From positions 1 to 48,853 of the forward strand of contig JAYUXO010000274.1 in assembly GCA_043753505.1 (NCBI GenBank): a stretch of DNA of 48,853 nt, written 5' to 3'. The notes under the pieces were generated by a model. The model saw only the letters and a list, made by a program, of their open reading frames with translations. It was not told where the DNA came from and made no database searches. This document shows, piece after piece, positions 1 to 9,831 of this stretch. Origin of the DNA: Comamonadaceae bacterium (GTDB taxonomy: Bacteria; Pseudomonadota; Gammaproteobacteria; Burkholderiales; Burkholderiaceae_C). The first letter of the stretch is position 1; the number at the start of each line of letters is the position of its first letter. A program made the position numbers and the translations under genes.

Positions 1-642
1 TCGGCCGAACGTCTGCAAATGAAGCTCACCGGCAAGCTTCCGCCCGAGCAAGAGGCGCTGCTCAACAAGTCAGTGCGTACCATCGTGGATCAGGTGGACG
101 CCATGAAGCGCCTGGTCAACGAATTTCGCGACTTTGGGCGCCTGCCCGCTGCGCAACTGCACGCCGTGGATTTAAATGCCCTGGTAATCGACGTTCTGGC
201 TTTGTATGGCGGCGAGGAACGCGCAGACCGGTCCAGCATCATGCTGGAGCTGGACCCGGCATGTCCCCCGATCGTGGGTGACGCACAGCAGCTACGCCAG
301 GTCATCCATAACCTGCTGCAAAACGCGCAGGATGCAGTCGAACAAGACCACGCATGTTCATCGGGAACGTCACAAATTGTGACGGTGCGCACACAGTGGA
401 ACCCTACCAGTCGCCGAGTCCGCCTGGCAGTCAGAGACAACGGCCCTGGCTTTCCCGACTTTATTTTGAAGCGAGCGTTTGAACCTTACGTCACCACCAA
501 AGCAAAAGGCACCGGGTTGGGCCTGGCCGTTGTGAAAAAAATTGCTGACGAACATGGCGCACGCATTGACTTGGGCAACCGGGTCGTCGATGGTGTAACG
601 CTAGGCGCGCAAGTGTCGTTATCATTCGCAGTTGCGACATAA
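1..642 (+). CDS. sensor histidine kinase, C-terminal part (5' end outside the window)
   Basis: Frame 1 is open from base 1. The translation shows HATPase_c boxes (HNLLQNAQDA, RDNGPGF, GTGLGLAVV). A response regulator gene starts 27 nt downstream. Confidence 0.85.
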   Translation, partial: SAERLQMKLTGKLPPEQEALLNKSVRTIVDQVDAMKRLVNEFRDFGRLPAAQLHAVDLNALVIDVLALYGGEERADRSSIMLELDPACPPIVGDAQQLRQVIHNLLQNAQDAVEQDHACSSGTSQIVTVRTQWNPTSRRVRLAVRDNGPGFPDFILKRAFEPYVTTKAKGTGLGLAVVKKIADEHGARIDLGNRVVDGVTLGAQVSLSFAVAT

Positions 643-668
643 CAACACAGACTTATAAAGCATTCAAA

Positions 669-1361
669 ATGGCAAACATCCTGGTGGTGGACGATGAACT
701 GGGCATCCGCGACCTGCTCTCGGAAATATTGAACGATGAGGGACACACGGTTGAGCTTGCAGAAAACGCCGCGCAAGCCCGCAGCGCACGCGCGCGCATG
801 CGCCCCGACCTGGTGCTGCTGGACATCTGGATGCCTGACACCGATGGCGTGACATTGCTTAAAGAATGGGCCTCTAGCGGGCTGCTGACCATGCCGGTGG
901 TGATGATGAGTGGTCATGCCACCATCGATACGGCGGTACAGGCCACCAAGATTGGTGCGCAGGCATTCCTGGAAAAGCCCATCACACTGCAAAAGCTGCT
1001 GAAGGCGGTTGACCTGGCCTTGACCCGAAACCTGCCCCGTAAAGCTGTGGTTCTGCAGCACTTGGCACCCATCCAGATGGCCGCTTCCGACCTGACCGTT
1101 GAAGCCGCCATGACCGGCGGGCTAAGCCTGCCCGCAGTGGTTGAAATGGGCCCACAGCCCCGACAGCAATTCGAGTTGGACAAACCCCTGCGGGAAGCGC
1201 GTGACGATTTCGAAAAAGCTTACTTCGAATTTCATCTGGCCAAAGAAGGCGGCTCCATGACCCGCGTGGCCGAAAAAACCGGCCTGGAACGCACACATCT
1301 GTACCGAAAACTTAAACAGTTGGGCGTTGACCTTTCGCGCGGGAAGCGCACCGCCGGTTGA
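669..1361 (+). CDS. response regulator with REC domain and C-terminal Fis-type HTH, no sigma54 AAA+ module
   Basis: ATG at 669. N-terminus ILVVDDE...DLVLLDIWMPDTDG is a receiver domain. C-terminus MTRVAEKTGLERTHLYRKLKQLG is an HTH_8-type helix-turn-helix. At 230 aa it is too short to hold an AAA+ core. Confidence 0.8.
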   Translation: MANILVVDDELGIRDLLSEILNDEGHTVELAENAAQARSARARMRPDLVLLDIWMPDTDGVTLLKEWASSGLLTMPVVMMSGHATIDTAVQATKIGAQAFLEKPITLQKLLKAVDLALTRNLPRKAVVLQHLAPIQMAASDLTVEAAMTGGLSLPAVVEMGPQPRQQFELDKPLREARDDFEKAYFEFHLAKEGGSMTRVAEKTGLERTHLYRKLKQLGVDLSRGKRTAG

Positions 1362-1389
1362 GTAGTGTTGTAGAATCTGCCGCTGCCAT

Positions 1390-1465
1390 GGCCCGGTAGC
1401 TCAGTTGGTAGAGCAGCGGATTGAAAATCCGCGTGTCGGTGGTTCGATCCCGCCCCAGGCCACCA
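1390..1465 (+). tRNA. tRNA-Phe (GAA)
   Basis: 76-nt cloverleaf. D arm gctc-agttggta-gagc, anticodon arm gcgga-ttGAAaa-tccgc, T arm ggtgg-ttcgatc-ccgcc, encoded CCA end. One C5:A68 mismatch in the acceptor stem. Confidence 0.93.
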
Positions 1466-1472
1466 AATTTGA

Positions 1473-1506
1473 AAAGCCCTTGAACTTGCGTTCAAGGGCT
1501 TTTTTG
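1473..1506 (+). terminator. rho-independent terminator after tRNA-Phe
   Basis: 12-bp stem aagcccttgaac / gttcaagggctt followed by a T run. Confidence 0.7.
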
Positions 1507-1511
1507 CGTTG

Positions 1512-1568
1512 GCTCGAAATAAATTTACTAACTTTCGCTACTAAAAATATAGCGGCTTGAGCAATATC
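1512..1568. repeat. family B AT-rich bipartite element, copy B1 (reverse orientation)
   Basis: gctcgaaataaatttactaactttcgctactaaaaatatagcggcttgagcaatat aligns with the reverse complement of copy B5 (17246-17309). It is an AT-rich island in GC-rich DNA. Confidence 0.6.
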
Positions 1569-1616
1569 TGCGGGGGCAAATGCTCTTTTTATGCCTCGTT
1601 CGTCTATTTCGATTAC

Positions 1617-3047
1617 CTATTCCCGCGTCACTCGCACCAACTCTTCACGCGACGTAATGCCTTCGCGTACCAGCCGCTCGCCATCGTCGCGCATCAGGGT
1701 CATACCCGTCCCCAGTGCGGCGTGGCGGATGTCTGCTTCGGAGGTTTTGTTGTGAATTTGCGCGCGGATGGCTTCGTCGGTTACCAGCAATTCGAACACG
1801 CCAGTACGGCCCTGATAGCCAGTGTGTCCACAGTAACTGCAACCGGGTGCCGTTGAGCCATTCGGTGTGTGAACCACGCAGTGGGTGCACAGCTTGCGTA
1901 CCAGGCGCTGAGCCAACACGCCCAGCAAGGATGAGCTGAGCAAAAACGGCTCCACACCCATATCGGTCAGCCGCGTGACGGCGCTGGCGGCATCGTTGGT
2001 GTGCAGGGTGGCCAGCACGAGATGGCCGGTAAGAGACGCTTGAATGGCGATTTGTGCGGTTTCAAAGTCGCGAATCTCGCCGATCATGATCACGTCGGGG
2101 TCCTGGCGCAGGATGGCGCGCAGGGCTTTGGCAAAGGTCAGGTCAATCTTGGCATTAACCTGCGTTTGGCCGATGCCGGGCAGCTCGTATTCGATGGGGT
2201 CTTCGACCGTCATGATGTTGGCGCTGCCCGCGTCCAGACGGGAAAGCGCGGCATACAAGGTGGTGGTTTTGCCGGAGCCGGTGGGGCCGGTGACCAGAAT
2301 GATGCCGTGCGGCTGTGCAATCAGGTTCTGGATGCGGCGCAACACCTCGCCTTGCATGCCCACCGCTTCCAGATTGATTTTGCTTTCGCTTTTATCGAGC
2401 AAACGCAACACGGCGCGCTCGCCATGGGCACTGGGCAGGGTGCTCACGCGCACGTCCACCGCACGGGTGCCAATGCGCAGGGAGATGCGTCCGTCTTGCG
2501 GCAAGCGCTTCTCGGAAATGTCCAGCTCGGCCATGATTTTCAAGCGCGAAATCAGGGCGGCATGCAGCGCCCGGTTGGGTTGCACCACCTCGCGCAAGGT
2601 GCCGTCCACCCGAAAGCGCACCGAGCTGTGGCGCTCATAGGGCTCGATGTGAATGTCGCTGGCCCCGTCGCGCGCGGCCTGCGTGAGCAGGGCATTCAGC
2701 ATGCGGATGATGGGTGCGTCGTCGCTGGTTTCCAGCAGGTCTTCCACCGCGGGCAGCTCCTGCATCATGCGGGACAGGTCGGCGTCGTTTTGCACCTCAC
2801 TGACCACGGTGGCGGCGCTGGACTCGCCTTGTGCGTAAGCGGCGCTGATGCGTTGGGCTAGCGCCGGTGCGTCCATCTGCGCCACGGCGCGCACCGGGAA
2901 TTTGCGCATCACCTCGCTCCAGGCACTTTGAAAGCTGGCCACATTCGAGGAAGGCGCATGCCACAAGGTCAGGTCGTGGCCGTCGTCTTCCAGCAGCAGC
3001 TGGCTGGTGCGGGCAAAGGCATAGGGCAAAGGGTAGCGGGTGGCCAT
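1617..3047 (-). CDS. gspE: type II secretion ATPase GspE
   Basis: 476 aa. Walker [10 protein letters not shown], Asp/His boxes, C-terminal CxxC...CxxC zinc motif. The N-terminus PLPYAFAR is typical of GspE. Confidence 0.95.
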   Translation of the reverse strand: MATRYPLPYAFARTSQLLLEDDGHDLTLWHAPSSNVASFQSAWSEVMRKFPVRAVAQMDAPALAQRISAAYAQGESSAATVVSEVQNDADLSRMMQELPAVEDLLETSDDAPIIRMLNALLTQAARDGASDIHIEPYERHSSVRFRVDGTLREVVQPNRALHAALISRLKIMAELDISEKRLPQDGRISLRIGTRAVDVRVSTLPSAHGERAVLRLLDKSESKINLEAVGMQGEVLRRIQNLIAQPHGIILVTGPTGSGKTTTLYAALSRLDAGSANIMTVEDPIEYELPGIGQTQVNAKIDLTFAKALRAILRQDPDVIMIGEIRDFETAQIAIQASLTGHLVLATLHTNDAASAVTRLTDMGVEPFLLSSSLLGVLAQRLVRKLCTHCVVHTPNGSTAPGCSYCGHTGYQGRTGVFELLVTDEAIRAQIHNKTSEADIRHAALGTGMTLMRDDGERLVREGITSREELVRVTRE

Positions 3048-3056
3048 GGCGTTTGC

Positions 3057-5153
3057 TTACCTGGCCGGTTTGGCAGCGTCAGTCGGCGACACCGGGCGAC
3101 TGGGCAGCGCAGGTGCTTCATTGATCGGCATCATCACGCTGGAGGCGGGTTGCTGGCCCAACTGCTGGTTGCGGATCAGGTCGTAGCGGTCCATAGACAG
3201 CGTCTCGCTGGCATTGGCATCGCGCATCACGACAGGCCGCAAGAAAATCATCAAATTGGTTTTCTTGCGCGAGCGGATTTCGGTTTTGAACAGGTTGCCA
3301 ATGAGTGGCACATCGCCAATACCGGGAATCTTTTCCTGCTGGTCGGAATACTCGTCTTGCAGCAAACCACCCAGCACGATGATGGCACCGTCGTCCACCA
3401 GCACATTGCTCTCAATCGAGCGCTTGGCGGTAATCAAGCCCGCAGCCGAGTTGGACTGCACGCTGGAAACTTCCTGAAAAATCTGCATTTTGATGGTGCC
3501 GTTTTCGCTGATTTGCGGCTTCACACGCAAAGTGATGCCTACGTCTTTGCGCTCTACGGTCTGAAACGGGTTCACCGTGCCGCCGCCGCCGCTGCCCGTG
3601 TTGGTGAACGAGCCGGTGACGAACGGCACGTTCTGGCCGATCACGATTTTGGCTTCTTCGTTGTCCAGCGTGAGCAAATTGGGCGTGGACAAAATGTTGC
3701 CGTCGCCCTTGGTTTGCAGAAACCGGGCCAGAAATCCCAGCACGTAAATGCCGTTGGTTTTGTTGACCAGGCCGATATTGCCGCCGGTTGAAAAACTGGC
3801 GGCACCGCTGGCCGCGCCGGTGGCCAGGCTGATGATGTTTTGCCCGCCAATGCTGAAATTGGTACCCAGTACGCCCAGCACGCTGTCGCCGTTTTTGCCC
3901 GATACGCCCTGCCATTGAATGCCGAATTCGGCGGCCTTGTCGGCGTTCACCTCGGCAATCAGGCTTTCCACAAATACCTGGGCGCGCCGGGCGTCCAGTT
4001 TTTCAATCACCGCGCGCAACTGGCGGTATTGCGGCTCGGCGGCGGTGATGATGAGGGAGTTGGTGGCAGGGTCTGCCTGAATTTGCCCACCGGTAGAAGG
4101 TGCCGCAGACGCAGCAATCGGTGCAGTGGCCGGGGCGCCCGCGCCAAGCGCCGTTACCGGCGCGGCAGCTGTGGGAGCAGCGGCGGCAGTGTTGCCGCCC
4201 TGCAAAGCGGCGCGCAAGGTCACAGCCAGCTTGGTGGCGTCGGCGTTTTTCAAATACACCACGTAAATATTACCCAGCGGACTTTGCGAAATCGGCTGAT
4301 CCAGCTTTTCCACCAATGAGCGCACCAGGGCCATGCGGGCCGGGTTAGCGGCGCGGGCGATCAGGGTGTTGCTGCGCGACTCGGCAATCACCGTGGTGCG
4401 AAAGCTGGCATCGCCGCCCGGTGCGCCACCGCCGCCGGATTCGGCCAGGCGCGAAACCAGCGGGGCCAGGTCGCTGGCCAACGCGTGCTTCAAGGGAATG
4501 ATTTCCAGGTCGGTGGCGTTGGACACATCCAGCGCCGAGATGATGCGGCCCAGGCGTGCCAAGTTATCGGCGTAGTCGGTGATGATGAGCGAGTTGTTGC
4601 CGGGGTTGACGTTGATGGTGTTGTTGGGCGCGATCAAGGGCCGCAGGATGGGCACCAAATTGTTGGGGTTCTCGTAGTTCAGACGGAATATTTGCGTGAC
4701 GATGGCACTGTTGGCCGCCTGGACCGGGCCGGTGCCCGCCACCGACACGGTGCCGCCTTGCAGCTTGGCGTCGGCCTCGGGCACCACCTTGAGCAAGCCA
4801 CCCGAATCCACCACCGTGAAGCCAGACAACCGTAAGGTCGCTAAAAACTGGTTGTAAGCCGCGGCGGGTGTCACGGAATTTTCAGTGATCAGCGTGATGG
4901 TGCCCTTGACGCGCGGATCGACCACGATGTTGCGCCCGGTGGTGATTGCCATGGTGCGGGCCACGGCCTCAATGTCGGCGTTGGTGAAGTTCAGCGTGAC
5001 GGGCGCGTTGCGGTTGCCAGTGGCCACCGCCAGTGGCGTGGCTGCGGGCGCAGCCTGGGCCAACACTTGGGCATGAAAAAGGCTTCCAGCCCAAGCAAAT
5101 GCTGCTGAAGCAGCTATTAAATTAGTAGTGAATCTGGGGGGCAAGCGATACAT
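3057..5153 (-). CDS. gspD: type II secretion secretin GspD
   Basis: 698 aa. N0-N3 domains plus a C-terminal secretin domain (VLGGLL...IPGIGDVPLIGNLF). Start ATG lies 3 nt after the gspN stop. Confidence 0.95.
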   Translation of the reverse strand: MYRLPPRFTTNLIAASAAFAWAGSLFHAQVLAQAAPAATPLAVATGNRNAPVTLNFTNADIEAVARTMAITTGRNIVVDPRVKGTITLITENSVTPAAAYNQFLATLRLSGFTVVDSGGLLKVVPEADAKLQGGTVSVAGTGPVQAANSAIVTQIFRLNYENPNNLVPILRPLIAPNNTINVNPGNNSLIITDYADNLARLGRIISALDVSNATDLEIIPLKHALASDLAPLVSRLAESGGGGAPGGDASFRTTVIAESRSNTLIARAANPARMALVRSLVEKLDQPISQSPLGNIYVVYLKNADATKLAVTLRAALQGGNTAAAAPTAAAPVTALGAGAPATAPIAASAAPSTGGQIQADPATNSLIITAAEPQYRQLRAVIEKLDARRAQVFVESLIAEVNADKAAEFGIQWQGVSGKNGDSVLGVLGTNFSIGGQNIISLATGAASGAASFSTGGNIGLVNKTNGIYVLGFLARFLQTKGDGNILSTPNLLTLDNEEAKIVIGQNVPFVTGSFTNTGSGGGGTVNPFQTVERKDVGITLRVKPQISENGTIKMQIFQEVSSVQSNSAAGLITAKRSIESNVLVDDGAIIVLGGLLQDEYSDQQEKIPGIGDVPLIGNLFKTEIRSRKKTNLMIFLRPVVMRDANASETLSMDRYDLIRNQQLGQQPASSVMMPINEAPALPSRPVSPTDAAKPAR
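5072..5128. repeat. family B element, copy B2, inside the gspD signal-peptide codons
   Basis: The reverse complement reads AATAGCTGCTTCAGCAGCATTTGCTTGGGCTGGAAGCC, so both conserved blocks are present. It encodes NLIAASAAFAWAGSLF. Confidence 0.7.
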
Positions 5154-5156
5154 GGT

Positions 5157-6023
5157 TCAACCAATCGTGATGATGGAGCGGGGCCCGTTGCGGCGCCCGA
5201 TGATGTTAAGCAGGTTGGACAAGGCCGCTTCGTGCTCGGGCGCAGCGCTGGCCGAGCCCGAAAACCTCAGGCGGGAGCCCACCCATTGACCGGTTCCCAC
5301 TAATTGCAGACTGCCTTGCAAGGTGGACAGTTCCACGGTGGGCACATCGCCCCCCCGAATGGTCAAACGATAGCTGCCCATGGGCCGCAGGGTCGACAGA
5401 CGTGACGACAGGCTGGCCGCCTCCATTTGGGCAAGTCCCGCTATCAACATGCGCCCGGCCTGCCACTGCACATTCAAGGCTTGCGTGCGCAACTGCAGCT
5501 GCCCCTGCGGTTGCACCGTGTTCCAGGGCGTGCCCAGGCCAGCCAGCAGCGTGGCGGGCACGGTGCTGGTGTTGTCTTGTAACGTCACGCTCACGCCTTG
5601 CAAACTCAGTTGAATTTGCGCTTCCAGCGGCTGTGCGGTGCAGCAATCGGACCAAGCAACCAACCGCGCGCCGGTCAAGCCGGGTAGCAGCTTCCACTGC
5701 ACCCGGGTGGGGAGGCTGGCGGCGTCTTTACTGCCCAGCCCGCCTGTGAGCATGAGGCGGGCGGAGCCGCGCCAAACGGTGCCGCGCGCATCATTCAGCT
5801 GAAATGTGCCACCTGTGTTCTGGCTCAGCTGATGGGTCAACCAGCGTGCCGGCGCAAACGCGAGCAACGCCAGCGCCAGGCCAATCAGCAGACCCGCCAG
5901 CGCCCAGCCCCACGGCACACCGGCACGGTTGCGCACGGGGGCTGCGGACGCGCGCCCCCCCAGCAAAGCGCGGCTGGCCAGGCCTGAGGCTGGGCGCTGG
6001 GCGGAAGAAGCGAAAAGAGCCAA
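5157..6023 (-). CDS. gspN: type II secretion protein GspN
   Basis: Position between gspM and gspD. One N-terminal TM segment, then ARGTVWRGSA, typical of T2SS-N. The start is uncertain (the ORF-track start is TTG). Confidence 0.75.
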   Translation of the reverse strand: MALFASSAQRPASGLASRALLGGRASAAPVRNRAGVPWGWALAGLLIGLALALLAFAPARWLTHQLSQNTGGTFQLNDARGTVWRGSARLMLTGGLGSKDAASLPTRVQWKLLPGLTGARLVAWSDCCTAQPLEAQIQLSLQGVSVTLQDNTSTVPATLLAGLGTPWNTVQPQGQLQLRTQALNVQWQAGRMLIAGLAQMEAASLSSRLSTLRPMGSYRLTIRGGDVPTVELSTLQGSLQLVGTGQWVGSRLRFSGSASAAPEHEAALSNLLNIIGRRNGPRSIITIG

Positions 6024-6050
6024 TGTGCGGGCCGATGCAGGTTGCGCGGT

Positions 6051-6545
6051 TTAACGCGGCGGTAGAGAAAGCACGATGGAACCATCCCACGTGCCCGCAG
6101 CATTGCGGGTCAGGCGTGCCTCGCTGGGCAACACCCGCGCATTGCTGCGAGCTTGGGCCAGCCATTGAGCCAAAGTGTTTGGCGCTACGCCATTCAGCGT
6201 GACCGTGGTTCTGTCTCCGGCCGTGGCCACACGGGCGCTGGCACCCAGGCGTTCGCGCACCGACGCTTCCAGTGCGCGGCTGGCGTCGTCATACGACAGC
6301 TTGGGTTGTGCCTGTAAGGTTTGGGCTTGTGCTTGCAGTCGGCGCATGGTGTCCAGCTGCCGCTCCAGACTGGAAGTTTGGGTTTCGGCGGTTTTTAGCG
6401 TGGCACGGGCTGGTGCCACGCCGACCCACCAAAGCAAGGCGAGACCCACCACAGCGCAAGCACCGGCAGTCAGTGACTTTTCGCGCGGTGCCATTGAAGC
6501 CCAGCGTGCAGACAAGCCCGCCAGCAGCTCGGAACGGTTACTCAT
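6051..6545 (-). CDS. gspM: type II secretion protein GspM
   Basis: 164 aa. Single TM segment followed by a coiled region. Overlaps the gspL stop by 4 nt. Confidence 0.8.
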   Translation of the reverse strand: MSNRSELLAGLSARWASMAPREKSLTAGACAVVGLALLWWVGVAPARATLKTAETQTSSLERQLDTMRRLQAQAQTLQAQPKLSYDDASRALEASVRERLGASARVATAGDRTTVTLNGVAPNTLAQWLAQARSNARVLPSEARLTRNAAGTWDGSIVLSLPPR

Positions 6546-7786
6546 GGTGCGCCCTCCTGACGCACAACCAGGCTGTCGCCCTGGCGCTGCAGCGCGTAGC
6601 CTTTGGCGCGCAGTTGCGTGGTGATAGCGGCCATTTCGGCGTCATTCAAGCTGAGGCCTTTCATACGGGCTTCGTTCGCTACAAATTCAATAGCTGTCAC
6701 AGCTTTGCCTTCCGGGGCTACAGTACCAAAAGCACTCAAAACGGCCTCCAAATCGCGGCCCGACGTGCTACCGGTTGCCTGGCGCAGCAGCGCCACTTCA
6801 CGCTCCATTTGCACCGGCGCATCCAGAATCACCTTCACATTGGGAAAGGTTTGGCTCAAGGTGGCACGTATGGCTTGTTCTTTGGCTTGCAGCGCACGCC
6901 TCTCACCAAAGGCCCAGGCGTTCAGACCTAACACATGTGCCAGCACCAAAACTGCCACACCCCAGCGTGCAGGCCGCCAGCGCAGGGAAAAAAACAACTC
7001 TCGCCAGCTACCCGTGAACCGTTTCATCGCACGGGCACGGCCCGAACTGGCCAGGTCAAACTGAGCCAAATCCCAGTCACCCTGAGCGGCCTGCGCCAGC
7101 CGCTGGGCGCTTTGTTGCAAGGTCACGCGGCGGTGCAATCGCTGCTCGGCCAGCGCTGCCACAGCGGGTTCAGCCAGCAAAGGCGTGTCGTCTGCCAGCG
7201 GAGGCAGACCCGGCACTGATTGGGACATTAAATTGGTGTTGTGGCCTTCGGCTGCCAAAGGCAGCACAGTGACCCCCTGCTCGCTGCACACCACGAGTTG
7301 CGCATCGGCTGATTCGTCACCAGAGGCCAGCGCATGCCAGCGAACGGGCTGACCAGGCGCGAATTCCGGCACGATGCGGTTGGCCGGGCGCTGCGCCGCC
7401 TCCAGCGTTGCCAATGCCTGACGCAGCCAAGCCCGATTACAGGCTGCTACCCATACCGGCTCGCCAGCACGCGCAGCTGGCTGCAGGGCAAAGTGCAGGT
7501 TGTCGGGTTCATCCAGCAGACGGTCTTCGAGCAAACCATCCAGCACGGCGCGCAAACGCGGTGAGCTGGCGGTGGTGCCCTTGGGCAGCTCCACCTGGTG
7601 CCACGACAGCACCCGCACGGGCACAACAGCCACCACTTCGGCACCTGGCCCACTGGGCTTGGGCAGCAAGGCGGATAGGGCATTGGCATGGTGAACCGCA
7701 GTGCCATCGGCGCTGACCTGCACGAAGGCATATTCAGTGGCCGGGCCGCTTTCGGCCGTCGGCAGGACCACGATCAGGCTGCTCAT
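6542..7786 (-). CDS. gspL: type II secretion protein GspL
   Basis: Cytoplasmic actin-like domain, TM segment (WGVAVLVLAHVLGLNAWAF) and periplasmic domain. ATG at 7786 (MSSLIVVLP) is preferred and ATG at 7807 is possible. The longer ORF-track start would overlap gspK. Confidence 0.8.
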   Translation of the reverse strand: MSSLIVVLPTAESGPATEYAFVQVSADGTAVHHANALSALLPKPSGPGAEVVAVVPVRVLSWHQVELPKGTTASSPRLRAVLDGLLEDRLLDEPDNLHFALQPAARAGEPVWVAACNRAWLRQALATLEAAQRPANRIVPEFAPGQPVRWHALASGDESADAQLVVCSEQGVTVLPLAAEGHNTNLMSQSVPGLPPLADDTPLLAEPAVAALAEQRLHRRVTLQQSAQRLAQAAQGDWDLAQFDLASSGRARAMKRFTGSWRELFFSLRWRPARWGVAVLVLAHVLGLNAWAFGERRALQAKEQAIRATLSQTFPNVKVILDAPVQMEREVALLRQATGSTSGRDLEAVLSAFGTVAPEGKAVTAIEFVANEARMKGLSLNDAEMAAITTQLRAKGYALQRQGDSLVVRQEGAP

Positions 7787-7862
7787 AGGGTGGTTGGATA
7801 TTGGCATTGCACGGCAACGATTGTAGAGAGCGCTTGCGGCGCAAGGGTGCACACCGGCAGCT

Positions 7863-8837
7863 TCATTGCCGTCCCGGCACACGGCCCATAGCACTCTCGG
7901 GGGTCAGGGCTTCAGGTGAATCGACCAGGCGACGACGGCTCAGGGTGGTGACTTTCAGGCCGTCACGCTGCAGCACAGAACTCTCCATCACCATGTTTTG
8001 CTCCAGCCGAAGCCGCCCCTGCACCTCAAAAAACCGGCTGGCCACGCTGTGTTGACCTTCGACAAACTGGCCGGAGAATTCGGGCACCAACTTGCCCGCG
8101 TCGGCCAGCGTCGAAAAATGCGTACGCCCGCGCGCCACAACGATACGTTGGGCACCCGACATGTCCAGCCCGGGTACGCTGGCGTAAAGCGCTTCGGCGC
8201 TGGCTGTGTTCAGGTTCAGGCCCGTTCGCACTGGAAGCACCGTCACAAATGGTTTTAGCGCCGCGACGCTGGTCTCGCTCAAACCCAGCCACGTCAGTTG
8301 CTCCACCCGCTGCGGCACCAGATAGGCTTGCGATTTCGACAGGTTTTCCGGGCTGTTATCCAACGCAAATCGCAGGTTCTCCGCCATCTGACCCAGCTCA
8401 ACAGGAGGCAGGTTGAGTTGTTCAAAGAGCTTGGTAAAAGCTTTCAATGCGGGCTCAGACACCTTGTTGGCCTCTACCAGGTTCGTGACGTTCAGGCGCG
8501 ATTGCAAATCGAAAATCTGGCCCGACAAAAAAGCATCTTCACTATCAGACGTGTTGCTGCGATCCGCCGCCAGGAAGGTGGACATACGGGCCTCTTCCAG
8601 CGGCAACGCCCAGGGCTCCGACAGGTGGTCGGCACCCCCCGAGCGCGCGTCTTCGCGCAGAATGAGCCGCGCCCAGTCCAACGCGCCGGTGAGTACCCAA
8701 CCCGACTGCACGCGCGAGCGCTCTGCGGCTTCCACGGCCACGCTGCGCCATTGCTGCCACAGCGCGGCCGCCGCCAGGCTGGCCACCAGCGTGACGGTGA
8801 GCATGGCCAGCAACAGCGCTGCGCCACGCTGGGGCAT
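7863..8837 (-). CDS. gspK: type II secretion minor pseudopilin GspK
   Basis: MPQRGAALLLAMLTVTLVASLAAA N-terminus and a GspK-type body. ATG at 8837 lies at the inner end of repeat C1. The ORF is open upstream to ATG 8972. Confidence 0.85.
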   Translation of the reverse strand: MPQRGAALLLAMLTVTLVASLAAAALWQQWRSVAVEAAERSRVQSGWVLTGALDWARLILREDARSGGADHLSEPWALPLEEARMSTFLAADRSNTSDSEDAFLSGQIFDLQSRLNVTNLVEANKVSEPALKAFTKLFEQLNLPPVELGQMAENLRFALDNSPENLSKSQAYLVPQRVEQLTWLGLSETSVAALKPFVTVLPVRTGLNLNTASAEALYASVPGLDMSGAQRIVVARGRTHFSTLADAGKLVPEFSGQFVEGQHSVASRFFEVQGRLRLEQNMVMESSVLQRDGLKVTTLSRRRLVDSPEALTPESAMGRVPGRQ

Positions 8838-8974
8838 GACGCGCTTCGTGCATGACCTCGCTGCGCCTGAATGACTGATGACGCAGGCACCCGGTACCAG
8901 CACGTCATGGCGTGTAACGCCGTCATACACGCGCAGCGGTGCCATGGCGCGCCACGCCGTCACCCGCCTCATGA
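8836..8974. repeat. family C ATGAC/GTCAT-rich palindromic element, copy C1 (gspJ/gspK junction)
   Basis: About 135 bp, alignable with 9701-9831 and 10620-10760. It runs from the gspJ stop (TCATGA at 8969-8974) to the gspK ATG. Confidence 0.75.
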
Positions 8975-9766
8975 CTTACCCCCGCCCAGCGTGGGCCTGG
9001 CCCAGTCACGGGTAATGTTGCCGCCAAAGGTACCCGCTGGCAAACGCAGCACCAACCGCACACCATCGGGAATCACCACGGCGGGCGGTGGGGGGGCGCT
9101 GATAACCGGCGCATTGCCGCCAATCACAAATCCCGATGGCGGGGGCGGTTGTTCGGTGACTACGCTGCTCGATTGCGGGTTGGTCCAAGCGTCAGCGCGA
9201 AAGTAAAACAGCTGCCACTCGGTCACCGGCAGCACGGCCACCTCCAGGCGCTTGGACTCTTCATTCGGATTTTGCGCCCACAACCCAGCGCGCAGCCAGG
9301 ATTCTTCAAGCTGGCTTCGGTTAGCAATTGGAGGCGACTGCCAACGCAGCCATTGACCCGCACCGTCAGTGCTGCTGCCATTGTTGTTTCGCAGTGTCCA
9401 TGCCACCACGCGCAGGCCGCTGTCAATACCCAGGGCCGAATCAGCGGCCGTGCGAATCATGCGAAACACCTGGCCGTTCCAGTCCAGTGTGGTGGCTGCC
9501 CCATAGCTGGGCATTTGAACCAGCGCGTCCAGGTCGGTGCCCCATTGCGCCAATCCAGCCTGCAACGTAAGCACATCGTCAGCCCGGGCCTGCGTTTGCG
9601 TTTGTGCGCGACTCATGCCGTCCAGACCACGCCAGCTCATGACCGCCAGGATGGCCATGACGGATAGTGCCACCAGCACTTCGATGAGCGTGAAGCCTCC
9701 TATGACGCGCTTTGCGCATGATTTCGCTGCCCGTCGATGATGGATGAGTGGCACGGCTTGTCTCAT
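8969..9766 (-). CDS. gspJ: type II secretion minor pseudopilin GspJ
   Basis: Prepilin motif IGG/FTLIEVLVAL. The nearest in-frame starts are GTG 9751 and ATG 9766, both inside repeat C2. ATG 9829 overlaps the gspI stop (ATGA). Confidence 0.8.
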   Translation of the reverse strand: MRQAVPLIHHRRAAKSCAKRVIGGFTLIEVLVALSVMAILAVMSWRGLDGMSRAQTQTQARADDVLTLQAGLAQWGTDLDALVQMPSYGAATTLDWNGQVFRMIRTAADSALGIDSGLRVVAWTLRNNNGSSTDGAGQWLRWQSPPIANRSQLEESWLRAGLWAQNPNEESKRLEVAVLPVTEWQLFYFRADAWTNPQSSSVVTEQPPPPSGFVIGGNAPVISAPPPPAVVIPDGVRLVLRLPAGTFGGNITRDWARPTLGGGKS

Positions 9767-9831
9767 CAAGTCATGGCGTGCAGCGCCGTCATACACGTGC
9801 AGCGAGGTCATTGCGCGCCGCGCAGTCATCA
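9701..9831. repeat. family C element, copy C2 (gspI/gspJ junction)
   Basis: Termini are atgactgcgc... and ...gcgcgtcat on the gene strand, an inverted repeat. The core cgtgtatgacggcg.t.cacgccatgac is shared with C1. Confidence 0.75.

Noticed and set aside
669-1361. Response regulator lacking the AAA+ module, as a possible truncated NtrX/NtrC pseudogene.
   Set aside because: The ORF is intact, with a proper start, linker and HTH, and no frameshifted AAA+ remnants in the linker. REC plus Fis-HTH regulators exist as a normal architecture.
2001-2861. Long antisense or alternative-frame ORFs listed in the ORF track. Examples: 2001-2861(+), 20036-21022(-), 25364-26128(-), 27001-27915(-), 34320-35132(-), 44556-45431(+), 45184-45990(+), 47032-47940(-), 38300-39031(+).
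   Set aside because: Each lies opposite or out of frame to a gene with clear family signatures. Their translations are Arg/Gly/Ala/His-rich low-complexity sequence, typical of shadow ORFs in GC-rich DNA. None has a Shine-Dalgarno sequence or a recognisable motif.
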